A stretch of 64,000 nt of DNA from Scyliorhinus canicula (GCF_902713615.1 NC_052168.1:11470001-11534000), one strand, 5' to 3'; shown: positions 36,570 through 57,870, numbered from the stretch's first letter. A program made the numbers and translations. The notes: generated from the letters alone by a model not told the origin.

Positions 36570-38480
36570 TTAGGAGCAGTTTCAAGCCATTCAGTCCCTC
36601 GAGCCATTCAATAAGATCATGGCTGATCTAATTTGAACTTCAACCCCACATTCCTACCTATGTCGATTACCTTTCACCAACCCTTGCTTATCAAGAATTA
36701 TCATAGATATCATAGAACTTACAGTGCAGAAGGAGGCCATTCGGCCCATCGAGTCTGCACCGGCTCTTGGAAAGAGCACCCTACCCAAGGTCAACACCCC
36801 CACCCTATCCCCATAACCCAGTAACCCCACCCAACACAGGGCAATTTTGGGCCCTAAGGGCAATTTATCGTGGCCAATCCACCTAACCTGCACATCTTTG
36901 GATTGTGGGAGGAAACCGGAGCACCCGGAGGAAACCCACACAGACACAGGGAGGATGTGCAGACTCCATACAGACAGTGACCCAAGCCGGAATCGAACCT
37001 GGGACCCTGGAGCTGTGAAGCAATTGTGCTATCCACAAGGCTACCGTGCTGCCCGATTATCCACCTCTGTCTCACAGATATTCTTCCTTGACCACCTTTT
37101 GACGAAGAGAATTCCCCAAGGGAATTTGCTCTGAGAGGAAAATTATTTCCTCGTCTCTGTTTATAAAATGGCCGACCCTTTATTTTTAGAGAATGGCCCC
37201 GAGTTCTAGATTCTCCCACAAGAGGGAACATCCTCTCCACATCCATCCTGTCAAGTCCCCTCAGGACTCTATATGTTTCAATCAAGCCACCTCTTCCTCT
37301 TCTAAACTTCAACCTTTTCTCATAAGACAACTCAACCATTCCAGATATTAGTCTAGTAAGTCTCGGGCGGCACGGTCATCCAGATGTTATTCTCGCTAAT
37401 GTCCTTTATATTTGAAGCATAACGTCCCTATTTTTGTAATCAATTCGGCTAGCAAAAAATGAAAGCATTTTATTAGCTTTGCTAATTATTTGCTGCACTT
37501 ACTCTCCAGCCTGTTGTGATTCGTGCAGTAGGACACCCAGATCCCTCTGCATCTCAGAGCTCTGTAATCTCTCACCATTTAAACAATCTGCTTTTTTTTT
37601 CAATCCTCCTTCCAAAATGGACAACCTCATTTTTCCCCACATTATATTCCATTTGTCAGACCTGTGCCCACTGCCCAACCCTATTTATAACCTTTCATAA
37701 CCTTCTCATGTCCTCTTCACAATTTACTTTCCTACCTATTTTTGTGTCATCAGCAAATTTAGCAACCAGACCTTCGGTCCCTTCATCTAACTCATTTGCA
37801 AAAATTGTAAAGGGTTGAGGCCCCAGCACTGATCCCTGTGGTGTACCCTTCATACATCCTGCCAACCACAGATTTACACATTTATGCTTACAGTCTGTTT
37901 CCTCTTAGATAGCTAATCTTCTATCCATGCCAATATGTTACTCCCCCCCCCCCCCCCCCACCACCCCAACACCAACACCAACACCATCTTACATTTTCCA
38001 CAATGACCTTTTTTTAAAATAAATTTAGAGTACCCGATTTTTTTTTTTTCCATTTAAGGGGCAATTTAGCGTGGCCAATACACCTAACCTGCACATCTTT
38101 GGGTTGTGGGGGTGAAACCCATGCAGACATGGGGAGAATGTGCAAACTCCACACGGAGAGCGACCCAGAGCCGGGATTCGAACCTGGGTCCTCAGCGCCG
38201 CAGTCCCAGTGCTATCCACTGCTCCACATGCCACCTTTTCCACAATGACCTTTGATGTGGCACCTTATTAAATGCCCTCTGGAAATCTAAGTACAGTACA
38301 TCCACTGGTTCACCCTCTGGAAATCTAAGTACAGTGCATCCACCCATTCCCCTTTATCCACAGCTTCTGTTATTTCTTCAAAGAACTGCAATAAATTGGT
38401 TAAATGTAATTTCCCTCTCATTAAAAATATGTTGACTTTGCCTGATTATCTTGAATGTACCTAAGTGCTCTGTTATAACC
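36570..38480 (-). mobile_element. Fragmented CR1 LINE with nested SINEs (36702-37054, 38010-38236)
   Basis: LIETYRVLRGLDRMDVERMFPLVGESRTRGHSLKI; the second SINE has TSD ttttccacaatgacc. Confidence 0.75.
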
Positions 38481-38582
38481 TGCTGTCTGTAAACTGTCAG
38501 ACACTTTGACCAGTTTATTAGTAAACCGTTTTACCCAAAGTCTTTACCCACTAATACCGCAGCATTATTTCCAGGTCACCAT

Positions 38583-39203
38583 GGGTGCAATTCTCCAACA
38601 TGGAGACAGAGTGTTCGTGCCGTCGTGAACGTTGTCGTGTTTCATGATGGCGCGAAACAGGCACGGGGTCTACCAATTCTGGCCCCCACAGGGGGCCAGC
38701 ACAGCACTGGAGCAGTTCACGCCGCTCCAGCCTCCCTTCCCGCCGCCAAATGGACACCGCGCCAACCCGCGCATGCGTGGGGGGACTTCCTCAGTGCGCC
38801 AGCCCCGACGCAACATGGCGTAGGGGTTCTGGGGCCGGCCACGTAGTATAGTAGAGCTGGGGCTGGAGAGGCCAGCCCGCCGATCCTTGTGCCCCGATCA
38901 CGGGCCAGACCCCATTGGAGGCCCCACCCGGTGAAGGAGCGCTTTTCCCCACCCCACAGGCCGTCCCCCGACACTTTGCGCAGAGTTCCCGCCGGCAGCT
39001 ACCAGGTGTGAATGGCGCCAGCGGGACTCTGCCGTTTCCGCGTGGCCGCTCGGCCCATCAAGGCCGGAGAATCGCGCCGGCGCAAATGGCGCCGATTCTC
39101 CGCTCCTCGGAGAATTGCCTGCCGCGTCAGACCGGCGCCGTGGGAAAAAATGGCGTGAACGGCGATTCTGCCATACGGTGCAGCATGGGAGAATCACGCA
39201 CCC
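38583..39203. mobile_element. GC-rich MITE, same family as 1306-1927
   Basis: Termini gggtgcaattctcc / ggagaatcacgcaccc; internal similarity to 1306-1927 in reverse. Confidence 0.6.
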
Positions 39204-39893
39204 TGTTCTTGTTCCCTTCCCCAGCAGTGGGCAGAGTGGAAATCAAAACTATAATCCAATGGAGTTCAGGTCTCTGTCAATTGAAGAAAGTTTGATTTGA
39301 ACTCAGTTCCTGGAGTGTTACTGCTGTGAAATGATTTTTTAAAAAATCCCAAACCCTTGGGTGGCTGACTCAAAGGCACAGGAGTTATTTAAGCAGGGGG
39401 TCCACCCTAGGATGGCTTATCAATGTTGCCTATTGAATGGAGGTGAAGGAATTAATCTTTGACACCCAGCAACTGTGGAGGAAATGTTTTGATGTCCAAT
39501 TGAGGTAGATGGTGATACAAAGTAAACTTCACATTCTGGCTCCAAGTTACACAAACTTTGACATCCAAAAAAAACACCTGTTATACTTTGTACCCCCAAC
39601 ACATTTAAAAACTGGAGCAGAATCTAAGATTGGGACAGATGGGTGGCCCAATCTTCCTTCCCACGGGAAAAAACTTCTCCTTTTAAGTTATTTCGCAAAA
39701 TAAGCAAACTGGTTTATGTGCCTAGCCTCAACAAATGAACCCATTACCAAACCCCTTGAATCACTTAAAGCAAAACCCAGGCTGACCCAGAGAGAAGATG
39801 TACAAATTTAATTGCATTAAAGGCCAGGGATAGAAATTGTTAATACCTGCAGGCCCCCTTCTGTCATAACAATCTCAAATTCAGGACAAGCCT

Positions 39894-41740
39894 ATGGCAG
39901 ACAAACTGAATAGTTACTTGGCATCAGTCTTCACAGTGGGAGACACCAGTAGGATGCCAGAGCTCCAGGAGAATCAGGGGGCAGAGGTGAGTGCAGTGAC
40001 CATTACTAAGGAGAAGGTTCTGGGGAAACTGAAAGATCTGAAGGCGGATAAGTCACCTGGATGGATGGACTGCACCCAGGGTCCTAAAAGAGATAGCTGA
40101 GGAAATTGTGGAGGCATTAGTGATGATCTTTCAGGAATCACTGGAAGCAGAAAGGGTCCCAGAGGACTGGAAAGTGGCTAATGTAACACCACTGTTTAAG
40201 AAGGGAGGGAGGCAGAAGATGGGAAATTCTAGGCCGGTTAGCCGGACTTCGGTCATTGGTAAGATTTTAGAGTCTGTTATTAAAGATGAGATGAAATGAA
40301 AATGAAAATCGCTTATTGTCACGAGTAGGCTTCAATGAAGTTACTGTGAAAAGCCCCTAGTCGCCACATTCCGGCGCCTGTCCGGGGAGGCTGGTACGGG
40401 AATTGAACCGTGCTGCTGGCCTGCTTGAAAAGCCAGCGATTTAGCCTGGTGAGCTAAACCAGCCCCTTCGCAAAGCACTTGGAAATGCATGATAAAGTGG
40501 AACTGAGTCAGCACGGCTTTGTCAAAGGGAAGTCATGTCTGACAAATCTGTTAGAGTTCTTGGAGGTAACAATGAAGTTAGACAAAGGAGAACCAACCAG
40601 TGGATGAGATTTATTTAGATTTCCAGAAGGTCTTTGACAAGGTGCTGCATAGGAGATTGTTAAATAAGTTAAGAGCCCATAGTGCCAAGGGCCAGATCCT
40701 GGCATGGATAGAGGATTGGCTGACTGGCAGAAGGCAGAGAGTGGGGATAAAGGGGTCTTTTTCAGGATGGCAGCCGGTGACTAGTGATGTGTCTCAGGGG
40801 TCTGTGCTGGGACCACAACTTTTCACGATATACATTAATGATCTGGAAGGAGGAACTGAAGGTACTGTTGCTAAGTTTGCAGATGATACAAAGATCTGTA
40901 GAGGGACAGTTAGTATTGAGGAAGCAAGGGGGCTGCAGAAGGATTTGAAGCAATGAAGTGGCAAATTAAATACAATGTGGAAAAGTGTGAGGTTATGTAT
41001 GCGGAAGGAGGAGTTTAGGCATAGGCTATTTTCTAAATGGGGAAATGCTTAGGAAATCAGAAGCACAGAAGGGACTTGGGGAGTCCTTGTTCATGATTCT
41101 CAAGGTTAATGTGGAGGATCAGTCGGCGGTTAGGAAGGCAAATGCAATGTTAGCATTCATGTCAAGAGGGCTAGAATACAAGGCTTCTGAGGCGGTCCAA
41201 GGCTCTGGTCAGACCAATTTGGAGTATTGTGAGCAGATTTGAGCCTCATAACTAGGGAAGGATGTGCTGGCCTTGGAAAGGGTCTAGAGGAAGATCACAA
41301 GAATGATCTCTGGAATGACGAGAATGGTTGAGGACTATGGGTCTGTACTTGGGGAGTGTAGAAGGATGGGGGGGGGGGGGGGGGAAGAGATCTTATGAAA
41401 CTTACAGGATAATGCGAGGCATGGATAAGTGGATGTGGTAGGAAAAACTAGCGGCAGAGGACAATCTCAGACTAAAGGGATGATCCTTTAAAACAGAGAT
41501 GAGGAGGAATTTCTTCAGCCAGAGGGTGGTGAATCTGTGGAACTCTGCCATAGAAGGCTGTGGAGGCCATAGAAGGCTGTGGAGGCCAAATCACTGAGTG
41601 TCTTTAAGACAGATAAGATGAATAAGGGGATTGGGGGTCACGGGGAGAAGGCAGGAGAAGGAGAAAAATCAGCTACAATTGAATGTCAGAGCAGACTTAG
41701 TGGGCCGAGTGGCCTAATTCTGTTTCTATGTCTCATGGAC
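39894..41740 (+). mobile_element. Degenerate CR1 LINE (RT domain to 3' end) with nested SINE (40292-40467)
   Basis: VPEDWKVANVTPLFKKG; YLDFQKVFDKV; QGSVLGPQLFTIYINDL; KFADDTK; frameshifts present. Confidence 0.9.
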
Positions 41741-42009
41741 ATGTTCAGTGTGACAGAAGTCCACAAGTCAACAGACATCATCCTCCCAAATCTGAAGGGA
41801 TGATCTACAGGATCACAAGCTATTGGAATTTGTTAAACCAGTCAATAACTGAAGCTACAAGTAAAGTTAGCAAGCATCTTTTTATTCAATTAATTTGACA
41901 CAGCAAGTCAATTTCTTCTGCCTGGAGACAGCCAAATGGTCCAGGTATAGGTGGCAATGCACATCACACGGTAGCCAAGACATCTACAAATCAAATCCTG
42001 GATGCGACA

Positions 42010-46455
<4,446 letters not shown>

Positions 46456-46576
46456 TCTATGATCAGGGATTGATATTTTTTTTTCTTTCCCAAATGGCCC
46501 ACAAAACACAAACCTTTATCACAAATTCAGGCACAACCCTAACTGTGGCTAAAACCCCTCTGCCAAAGAACTTGGA

Positions 46577-46720
46577 TTTATACTCCAGGCACCAAAGTGA
46601 TTTTCTTGAGCAGGAAATGACATCATCAATGATGGCCAATCACTCTTGTTGACCAATCAATCAGCTGCCTTGTCCAATTGGATTCCAATCAGCACAGGAG
46701 ACGATGGGGGACCAATCAGA
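46577..46720 (-). promoter_or_regulatory. Proximal promoter of ferritin copy 4
   Basis: TATAAA 46577-46582, gcaggaaatgacatca 46610-46625, CCAAT cluster. Confidence 0.72.
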
Positions 46721-46951
46721 ATGTTCAAAGAGAGGCTTATGAGAATGGAAACTCAACCATCGTAGAAATACTGATTGATCTTCACCTGAAAATGCCAGCA
46801 CTCTAAAAGCCCTTTGAGTGGAGGTATTAGGACATGTTCAATGTACTTTAGTGGGAGTTTCTCCCCTAATTGCTGGGAATCCCAATTAGAACATTGTTTG
46901 CAGAAAACATTTCCCCATTTGTGTACAAAGCAAAGTGCTGGAGATCCTCCA

Positions 46952-47230
46952 GCCTGACCGTCTGCCCATCTTCCGCGGCCTCGTTCGAGGCCGGGTGTCC
47001 CTGGAGAGGGAGCATGTGGTATCCACGGGGCACACTCGAGGCCTTCCGTGCTCGGTGGGCACCGCAGGGATTGGATTGCCTTATCGTCCCCGATTTTCTC
47101 ACACTTTAATTTGACGGGTTTGTGATAAGTTTTTGTTTCCTTTCTCGTTCTTTTTGGGCTGTGCTCCACTCGTTATTTTGGGGCCCTCCCCTCTTTTGTT
47201 TTATCCATCAGTTACTTTATGTTCTTTTGC
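46952..47230 (+). mobile_element. Tx1-like (L1 clade) retrotransposon 3' fragment just upstream of the copy 4 promoter
   Basis: GTLEAFRARWAPQGLDCLI resembles Tx1-type ORF2 C-termini (recalled); absent at the paralogous site of copy 5 (near 57370). Confidence 0.55.
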
Positions 47231-48059
47231 TGGGTTGTCACACCCAGCATCACGCCAGTGCCAGTGGCGGATGCTGGCCTAATCCGGCCCGTGTAGACAA
47301 ACGTGCAGGTCATAAATTCACAAACAAAACACCAAAAAAAACAAAGTCAAGTGGTGTGGGGCATCCAATCTCGGGATCTGATGGTAGATTGACGGATGAT
47401 GACGCTGTGGACCCATGCTGATCACAGGAAGCCCAGTTTGAAATCCAGTGCTGAAAACTCCGGCTACGTGGTAGGCCTCAGGCCTCAGTGTCTAATTTCC
47501 ACTTACTGGATGCATATTGTGTGGCTGCCATTGTGTTATCTCCATTTGGGTGATTATTTGTTACAACAACAACCATCCGCGCTCAAGAACATTTCAGTCG
47601 AGGCATTTTCTGGTACTGGTTACGTAAAATGGACAGCAAAGAAACCAGGCCCCAGGCCCAGGCCAAGAACCATCCTCCAATATTATCGCCGTGCCATTTG
47701 CAGGCCACTATTTTCCTACATGTTCACTGCACCAACAGAGGTGGCATCGGAGGCAGACCATAATACACCTCAGCTCAGGCCAGTGTCAATTCCAAGGGTA
47801 ACTTTTTGAGGTCAGATTCCAGAACTAGTTGATATGGAATCTTGATGTTGTTCAGCAAGGCGGGTTGATGGGTGTGTGGTGTAGTTAAATAGCATGGAGT
47901 CACATAGGGACAGCTCCCCCCCCCCCCCCCCAATGTATTCCTACCGCCAGAACGCCTCCCCAAGATGGATTGAGATGCACACCAGCTGTTCTCGAACAAA
48001 GGTCAGCAACCGTAAGGTGAGTTCTGAAAAATAATTAATTAATACTGGATCCGGTCTTC

Positions 48060-49980
48060 GATGCCCCTTCCTAATTGCTCTTGAGAAGGTGACGGTGAGC
48101 TGCCTTCTTGACCGCTGCAGTCTATATGGTGTAGGTGCACCCACAGTGCTGTTAGGGAGGGATTCCTGGGTGTTGACCCAGTGACAATGAAGGAACGGCC
48201 GATATATTTCCAAGTCAGGATGGTGAGTGACTCGGAGGGGAACTTCCAAGTGATGGTGCTCCCAGGAATCTGCTGCCCTTGTCTTTTTAGATGGTAGTGG
48301 CTTTGGAAGGCAATGTTGAAGGATCCTTGGGGAGTTCCTGCAATGCATCTTGTAGATGGTGCACACGGCTGCGATGTGCAATGGAGGTGGAAGGAGTAAA
48401 TGTTTGTGGAAGGGGTGCCAATCAAATTGGTTGTTTTGTCCTGGATGGTGTTGAGCTTCTTGAGCTACATTCATCCAGGTAAATGGAGAGTATTCCACCA
48501 CACTCCTGGCTTCTGCCTTGTCGATGGTGGACAGGCTTTGGGGGATCAGGAGATGAGTTACTCACCACAGGATTCCCAGCCTCTGACCTGCTCTTGTAGC
48601 CACAGTATTTATATGAATAGTCCAATTCAGTTTCTGGTGAATGGAAATCTCCCTGAATGTTGATTGTGGGGGAATTCAGTGATGGTAATGCCATTGAATG
48701 CCAAAGGGCGATGGTTAGATCCTCTTTTATAGAAGATGGTCATTGCCTGGCACTTGTGTGGCCCAAATGTAACTTGCCACTTGTCAGCCCAAGCCTAGAT
48801 ATTGTCCAGGTCTTGCTGCATTTCCAGGTAAACTGCTTCATTATCTGAGGAGTGTCGAATGGTGCTGAACATTGTGCAATCATCAGCGAACATCCCTACA
48901 TCTGACCTTATGTTAGAAGGAAGATCATTGATGAAGCAGTTGAGGTTGGCTGGGTTTAGGAGACTATCCTGAGGAACTCCTGAGGTGATGTCCTGGGACT
49001 GAGATGATTGACCTCCAACCACCACAACCATCGTCCTTTGTGCCGGGTATGACTCCAACCAGCGGAGAGTGTTCCCCCTGATTCCCATTGACTCCAGTTT
49101 AGCTCGGGCTCCTTGATGTCAAACTCAATCACATGCTACCTTGACGTCAATGGCAGTCACTCTTGTCCCACCTCTAGAATTCAGCTCTTTTGTCCATCTT
49201 AGAGCTAAGGCAGTAATGAGGTCAGGAGCTAAGTGACCCTGGCGAAACCCTTAGTCAGCAGGTTATTGCTGAGTAAGTGGCGCTTGATAGCACCGTTGAT
49301 GACCCCTTTCCATCACTTTGCTGATGAGTGATAGGACTGTAATAGTCCAGGTTGGATTTGTCCTGCTTCTTGTGTACAGGACATACCTGGGCAATTTCCC
49401 ACCATTCTGGGTAGATGCCAATGTAGCTGCACTGGAACAGCTTGGCTGGGGCTGCAGCAAATTTGGAGCACAAGTCTTCAGTATTATTATTGGAATATTG
49501 TCAGGGCCCATAGCCTTTGCAATAGCCAGAACCTTCAACCATTTCTTGATATCACATGGGATGAATCGTATTGGTTGAAGACTGACATCTGTGATGTTGG
49601 GGACCTCTGGAGGAGACCGAGATGGGACAGCCACTCGGCACTTCCAGCTGAAGACTATTTCAAATGCTTCAGCCTTTGCTTTTGCACAGAGTTAATGTAA
49701 GCCTACTTGTGACACTAATAAAGATTATTATTAACATTATATGTGTTGGGCTCCCTATCATTGAGGACTGGGTTATTTGTGGAGTTTCCTCTTCCAGTGA
49801 GTTGTTCAATAGTCCACCACCAGTCATAGCTGGATCTGGTAGGACTACAGAGTTTAGTTCTGATCCATTGGTTGTGGGATCGCTTACCTCTGTCTATCAC
49901 ATGCCATTAATGCCAGTGTTATAGTTGTACCTGAACAGCTTGGCTAGGGGCACAGCTAGCTCTGGAGCACAAGCCTCATG
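48060..49980 (-). mobile_element. Degenerate L2/CR1-group LINE (RT domain and 3' end); second piece continues at 52175-52710
   Basis: GIRGNTLRWLESY...ITSGVPQDS...FINDLP...MFADDCT; KAMGPDNIP. Confidence 0.8.
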
Positions 49981-49982
49981 TA

Positions 49983-50554
49983 GAGCAGCACAGTAGCACA
50001 GTGCTTAGCACTGTTGCTTCACAGCGCCAGGGTCCCAGGTTCAATTCCCGGCATGGGTCACTGTCTGTGTGGAGTCTGCACATTCCCCCCGTGTCTGCGT
50101 GGGTTTCATCCGGGTGCTCCGGTTTCCTCCAACAAGTTTCGGAAGACGTGCTTGTTAGGTGAATTGGACATTCTGAATTCTCCCTCCGTGTACCCGAACA
50201 GGCGCCGGAGTGTGGCAACTAGGGGCTTTTCACAGTAACTTCATTGCAGTGTTAATGTAAGCCTACTTGTGACACTAATAAAGATTAGGGCAGCATGGTG
50301 GCACAGTAGTTAGCACTGCTGCCTCACAGCGTCAGGGACCCGGGTTCGATTCCGGCCTTGGGTGACTGTCTGTATGGAGTTTGTATTTTCTCCGCATGTC
50401 TGCGTGGGTTTCCTCCGGGTGTTCCGGTTTCCTCCCACAACCCAAAGATGAGCAGGTTTGGTGGATTGGTTATGCTAAATTTGGCCATGCCAAAAGATTA
50501 GATGGAGTAGCTAGGTTACAGGGATAGGGTGGAGGCGTGGGCTTGGGTAGGGTG
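49983..50554 (+). mobile_element. Two tandem V-SINEs; the second is split by an LTR and resumes at 52097-52165
   Basis: ...gcttgggtagggtg | insert | gggtgctctttccaagggcc... Confidence 0.8.
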
Positions 50555-52096
50555 TGTCTTGTTATGCTCTTGGCGTAGCATAAGCTGCTTCCTTGATGTT
50601 CACTCTGACAAAGGAAGGTTCAGACATGGAGATAACTTCAACACGTTTATTAAACTATTTACAATTCTACTACTCAGATTCTCCACTAATTCCTTCTATA
50701 GCTACTCAGACTGATGAACCAGTCTGCTACAATCCACGTGGTGGGTGTGATGTTGAATCAACCCTGTGTCTGTATTCACTGAGTGTCTCCACTGGAAAGA
50801 GGAAGACCATGTGTGCGGTGTCCTTTATATATGGGTTGGTGTAATGCCCCCTGTGGTAGTGTCACCTCTGTGTGTATCGTGAATGCCCATTGGTCGTGTC
50901 CTATCTTACTGACCTATTGGTTAAATGTCTGTGTGTCATGTCTCTGGTGCTCCCTCTAGTGTCTAGCTAGTCTGCATGCACTTACATTAACCCCTGTGTA
51001 TCTACAGTGATGCATATTTTTAGAATTTTAGAACATTACAGCGCAGTACGGGCCCTTCGGTCCTCGATGTTGCGCCGACCCGTGAAACCATCTGAAGCCT
51101 ATCTGACCTACACTATTCCATTTTCATCAATATGTCTATCCAGTGACCACTTAAATACCCTTAAATTTGGCGAGTCTACTACTGTTGCAGGCAGGGCGTT
51201 CCACACCCCTACTACTCTCTGAGTAAAGAAACTGCCTCTGACATCTGTCCTATATCTACCACCCCTCAATTTAAAGCTATGTCCCCTCATGTTGGCCATC
51301 ACCATCCGAGGAAAAAGATTCTCACTGTCCACCCTATCTAACCCTCTGACTATCTTATATGTCTCTGTTAAGTCACCTCTCAGCCTTCTCCTCTCTAACG
51401 AAAACAACCTCAAGTCCCTGAGCCTTTCCTCGTAAGACCTTCCCTCCATACCAGGCAACATCCTAGTAAATCTCCTCTGAACCCTTTCCAAAGCTTCCAC
51501 ATCGTTCCTATAATGTGGTGACCAGAACTGCACGCAGTACTCCAGGTGCGGCCGCACCAGAGTTTTGTACAGCTGCAGCATGACCTCGTGGCTCCGAAAC
51601 TCAATCCCCCTACTGATAAAGGCTAGCACACCATATGCCTTCTTAACAGCCCTATTAACCTGGGTGGCAACATTCAGGGATTTATGTACCTGGATGCCGA
51701 GATCTCTCTGATCATCTACACTACCAAGAATCTTGCCATTAGCCCAGTACTCTACATTCCTGTTACTCCTTCCAAAGTGAACCACCTCACACTTTTCCGC
51801 ATTAAACTCCATCTGCCACCTCTCAGCCCAGCTCTGCAGCTTATCTATGTCCCTCTGTAACCTATAACATCCTTCAGCACTATCCACAACTCCATTAACC
51901 TTCGTGTCATCTGCAAATTTACTAACCCATCCTTCTACACCCTTTTCCAGGTCATTTATAAAAATGACAAACAGCAGTGGCCCCAAAACAGATCCTTGCG
52001 GTACACCACTAGTAACTGAACTCCAGGATGAACATTTACCATCAACCACCACCCTCTGTCTTCTTTCAGCTAGCCAATTACTGATACATCACCACA
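50555..52096 (-). mobile_element. Solo LTR interrupted by a CR1 insertion
   Basis: TGT...ACA termini, TSD gggtg (50550-50554, 52097-52101), reverse-strand TATA and AATAAA motifs. Confidence 0.75.
51018..52083 (-). mobile_element. Young 5'-truncated CR1 LINE with uninterrupted 314-aa RT C-terminal frame
   Basis: ORF 51108..52052 VTSGVPQGSVLGPLLF...KFADDTK...RPHLEYCVQFWSP; intact 3' tail. Confidence 0.92.
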
Positions 52097-54315
52097 GGGT
52101 GCTCTTTCCAAGGGCCGGTGCAGACTCAATGGGCCGAATGGCCTCCATCTGTACAGTAAATTTTATTATTCTATACTATTGTTGGAATATTGTCAGGGCC
52201 ATAGCCTTTGTAATATCCAGTGCCAATAACCATTTCCTGACATCACGGAGGGCTTAAGACTGGTACCCCTGATGCTGGGGGATGCCTGGAGGAGATGGTA
52301 CTTCTGGCTGAAGATTATTGCGAATGCTTCAGTCTTGTCTTTTGCACTGATGTGCTGGGCTCCTCCATGATGGAGGATGGGGATATTTGTGGAGACTCCT
52401 CCTCCAGTGAGTTGTTTAATTGTTCACTACCAGTCATGGCTGGTGGGACAGGACTGCAGAGCTTAATTCTTATCCGATGGTTGTGGGAACGCTTACCTCT
52501 GTCTTGAAGCTTCAACAGGTTAACACCTCTTTTTTGGTAATCCTGGCACTTTATTGAAGCAGGGTTGATCCCCTGGCTTGGTGGCAATGGTAGCATGGGG
52601 TTATGCCAGACCATGAGGTCACAGATTGTGGCGGAGTACAATTCTGTAGCTGATGGCTCACGGTGACCAGTCTTGGGAGATGCTAGATCCGTTGTGAATC
52701 TATCCCATTTTCAAACGAATCATGGATATACCTATTTAGCTGGTTGTCATGATATGACAAAAGGGGGGAGTGTGGTATTGTGTGAAGCAAATAATGGCAT
52801 GATGGGAAAAGTAGTCAAGTTTTCTTGGTACACGTGAATTTTTTTTAAAAAATTTAGATTAACCAATTATTTTTTCCAATTAAGGGGCAATTTAGCGTGG
52901 CCAATCCACCTACTCTGCACATTTTTGGGTTGTGGGGGCGAAACCCACGCAGACACGGGGAGAACGTGCAAACTCCAAACGGACAGTGACCCAGAGCCGG
53001 GATCGAACCTGGGACCTCAGCGCCGTGAGGCGGTTGTGCTAACCACTAGGCCACCGTGCTGCCCTGGTACAAGTGAATTTAAACTGATTTTCATATAACC
53101 TAAGGCACAGAATACACAGACAGCATGTCCTGAGAACTGGGTGACTCTGAGAGTCTAGATAAGGCTTGTTCATCATGAACCTAGAAGCAGTCTCAATGCA
53201 TATCAAGCTGAACAACTGTCTCTTCCTGTTCGTAAACAAATTTGTCCCTTTCTTAAAACAAAGACAAGATAATGATATGAAACTCCATTCCCCTAAAGGT
53301 GAGCAAGGTGACGCCATTGTAACGATTATTACTTATGTTTTACTTTCAATTAAATTCCTGACCAAGTTGTATTCATGTTATCTTGATCCTATAATGTATA
53401 AAAATCGCCTTATTCTTCTGTACTATCGCAGACTTGGGACGGACTCAGCAGTTTGTACTTGACTGCTTTCCGACTCCAAGTATCAGCCATTACTGCTAGC
53501 AGTCAGTTCTAATTCGGAAATAAAGTTAGTTTTGCTTACCTAATGAATCATGTTTGCATTTCTCTATCACAGTCAAGCAGGGAAAATATTGAATACGACA
53601 TCCTTGCCCATGTTGAGCTTCAGGTCAAACAGGAACTAGGAATAGAACAATAAAGTAGCCAGTCGAGGGTGTTTATGACATGGCAGTAGTTCTGGACACG
53701 TCATACTTTATGTAAACTAGTCTTGTCCTCCAGCCCTCTGATCTGAAAACAGCTTAAACTGTTGATGCACATGGAACCCAAGAACAAAACTACATGAGTG
53801 GACTTACTCCCCTCCCTAAAAAAGCTCAAGTACATTTTTGTAGGAATCGAATGAAACATTCACATCTACAGAGAACTGCTCTCAATAGTGCATCAGTCAC
53901 TGCCTTGAAGTATTTTTAATTTGATGCAAATTGACATCACATGGATATCATCACCAAACCTTTGCACCAGCCCAATTGAAGTTACCCCTTATTTCTGGGT
54001 TATCAGCAGGCATGTAGAACCTGGAGATCTGTTCTCCACCCCAAGTCCATGGACAATCCAGTCTCATTGCTATTGCAATCCAATAACGTTGCTGCAAAGT
54101 TTTGCTACTTAAGGTTTCAAATTAAAGGGAGCAATATTCTGAATAAGAGACAATAGACAAGATCAGGGAAAGAATTTTTTTTATTTCAATCCATATTTTT
54201 TTTGCTAGAATTTAATTCTTTGCTACAATTTCATTCTTCCAAATGGTCAAGTGTAGTTGGAAATGCACATCACGCAGCTGCCAAGTCATCTACAAATCAA
54301 ATCCTGGATGTGACA

Positions 54316-56866
<2,551 letters not shown>

Positions 56867-56979
56867 TCTGAGACTGTGGACTTTTTTGTTTGCAAATAGC
56901 CAACAAAACACAAACCTCTGTCACAAATTCAGGAACAACACTAACTATAGCAAAAAACCACACTGTCAAAGGCCTTGTA

Positions 56980-57132
56980 TTTATACTCCAGGCAACAAAG
57001 TGATTTCAGTGAGCAGGAAATTACATCATCAACAATGGTCAAACACACTTGTTGACCAATCAATCAGCTGCCTTGTCCAGTTGGATTCCAATCAGCACAG
57101 GAGATGATTTGGGACTCAGGAACCAATCAGAA
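56980..57132 (-). promoter_or_regulatory. Proximal promoter of ferritin copy 5
   Basis: TATAAA 56980-56985, gcaggaaattacatca 57013-57028, CCAAT cluster. Confidence 0.7.
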
Positions 57133-57544
57133 TGAGGCTCATGTGAATGGAAACTCAACCATGATCGAAATACTGATTGATCTTTGACCTCAGTCTCCAT
57201 CTAAAAATGCCAACACTCTTTGACCTTTGAGTGGAGGTATGGTGCAGACTCATAGAGTTACTTCAGTTTGTTACTTTGAGGGATTTCCCACCTAATTTAT
57301 GAAAGACATTGCTGGGACCAATTAGAGATGTTGCTGACAGAAAACATTTTCCTATTGGTGGACAAAACGAAGTGCTGTTGGGCATCCAACATAGGGATCT
57401 GATGGCAGATTGACAAAGAATGACATTATGGGGAAGGTGGGTGGTTAGAATAGTAAAATAGCTACATAGGGAAAGCTTCCCCAATGTATTCCTACAACCA
57501 GGACGTTTTTCCCATTATGGATTGAGATGTAGATCAGCTATGAT

Positions 57545-57870
57545 GGGCGGCTCTGTGTCACAGTGGTTAGCACTGGTGCCTCGCAGCACCAGGGACCCAG
57601 GTTCAATTCCGGCTTTGGGTCACTGTCTGTGTGGAGTCTGTACATTCTCCCCGTGTGTGCGTGGGTTTCCTCCGGGTGCTCCGGTTTCCTCCCACAGTTC
57701 AGAAGCTCTGCAGGCTAGGTGGATTGGACATAATCAATTGCTCCGTAGTGTCCAGGGATGTGTAGGTTAGGAAAAGGGGTTGTTGGGATAGGGTGGAGTG
57801 CTCTTTGAGAGGGTCGGTGCAAACTCGACGGGCCAAATGGCCTCCTTCTGCACTCTAGGGAATCTATGAT
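57545..57870 (+). mobile_element. HE1-like V-SINE
   Basis: Head, core and CR1-type tail. Confidence 0.8.

Noticed and set aside
51108-52052. Host gene or active reverse transcriptase
   Set aside because: 5'-truncated CR1 with no endonuclease and only part of the RT.
56950-56975. CAGTGT with a C six bases upstream near the copy 5 start, as a possible IRE
   Set aside because: The flanks TTTGA and GGTTT cannot pair, and the site lies within about 20 nt of the TATA box, probably upstream of the TSS.
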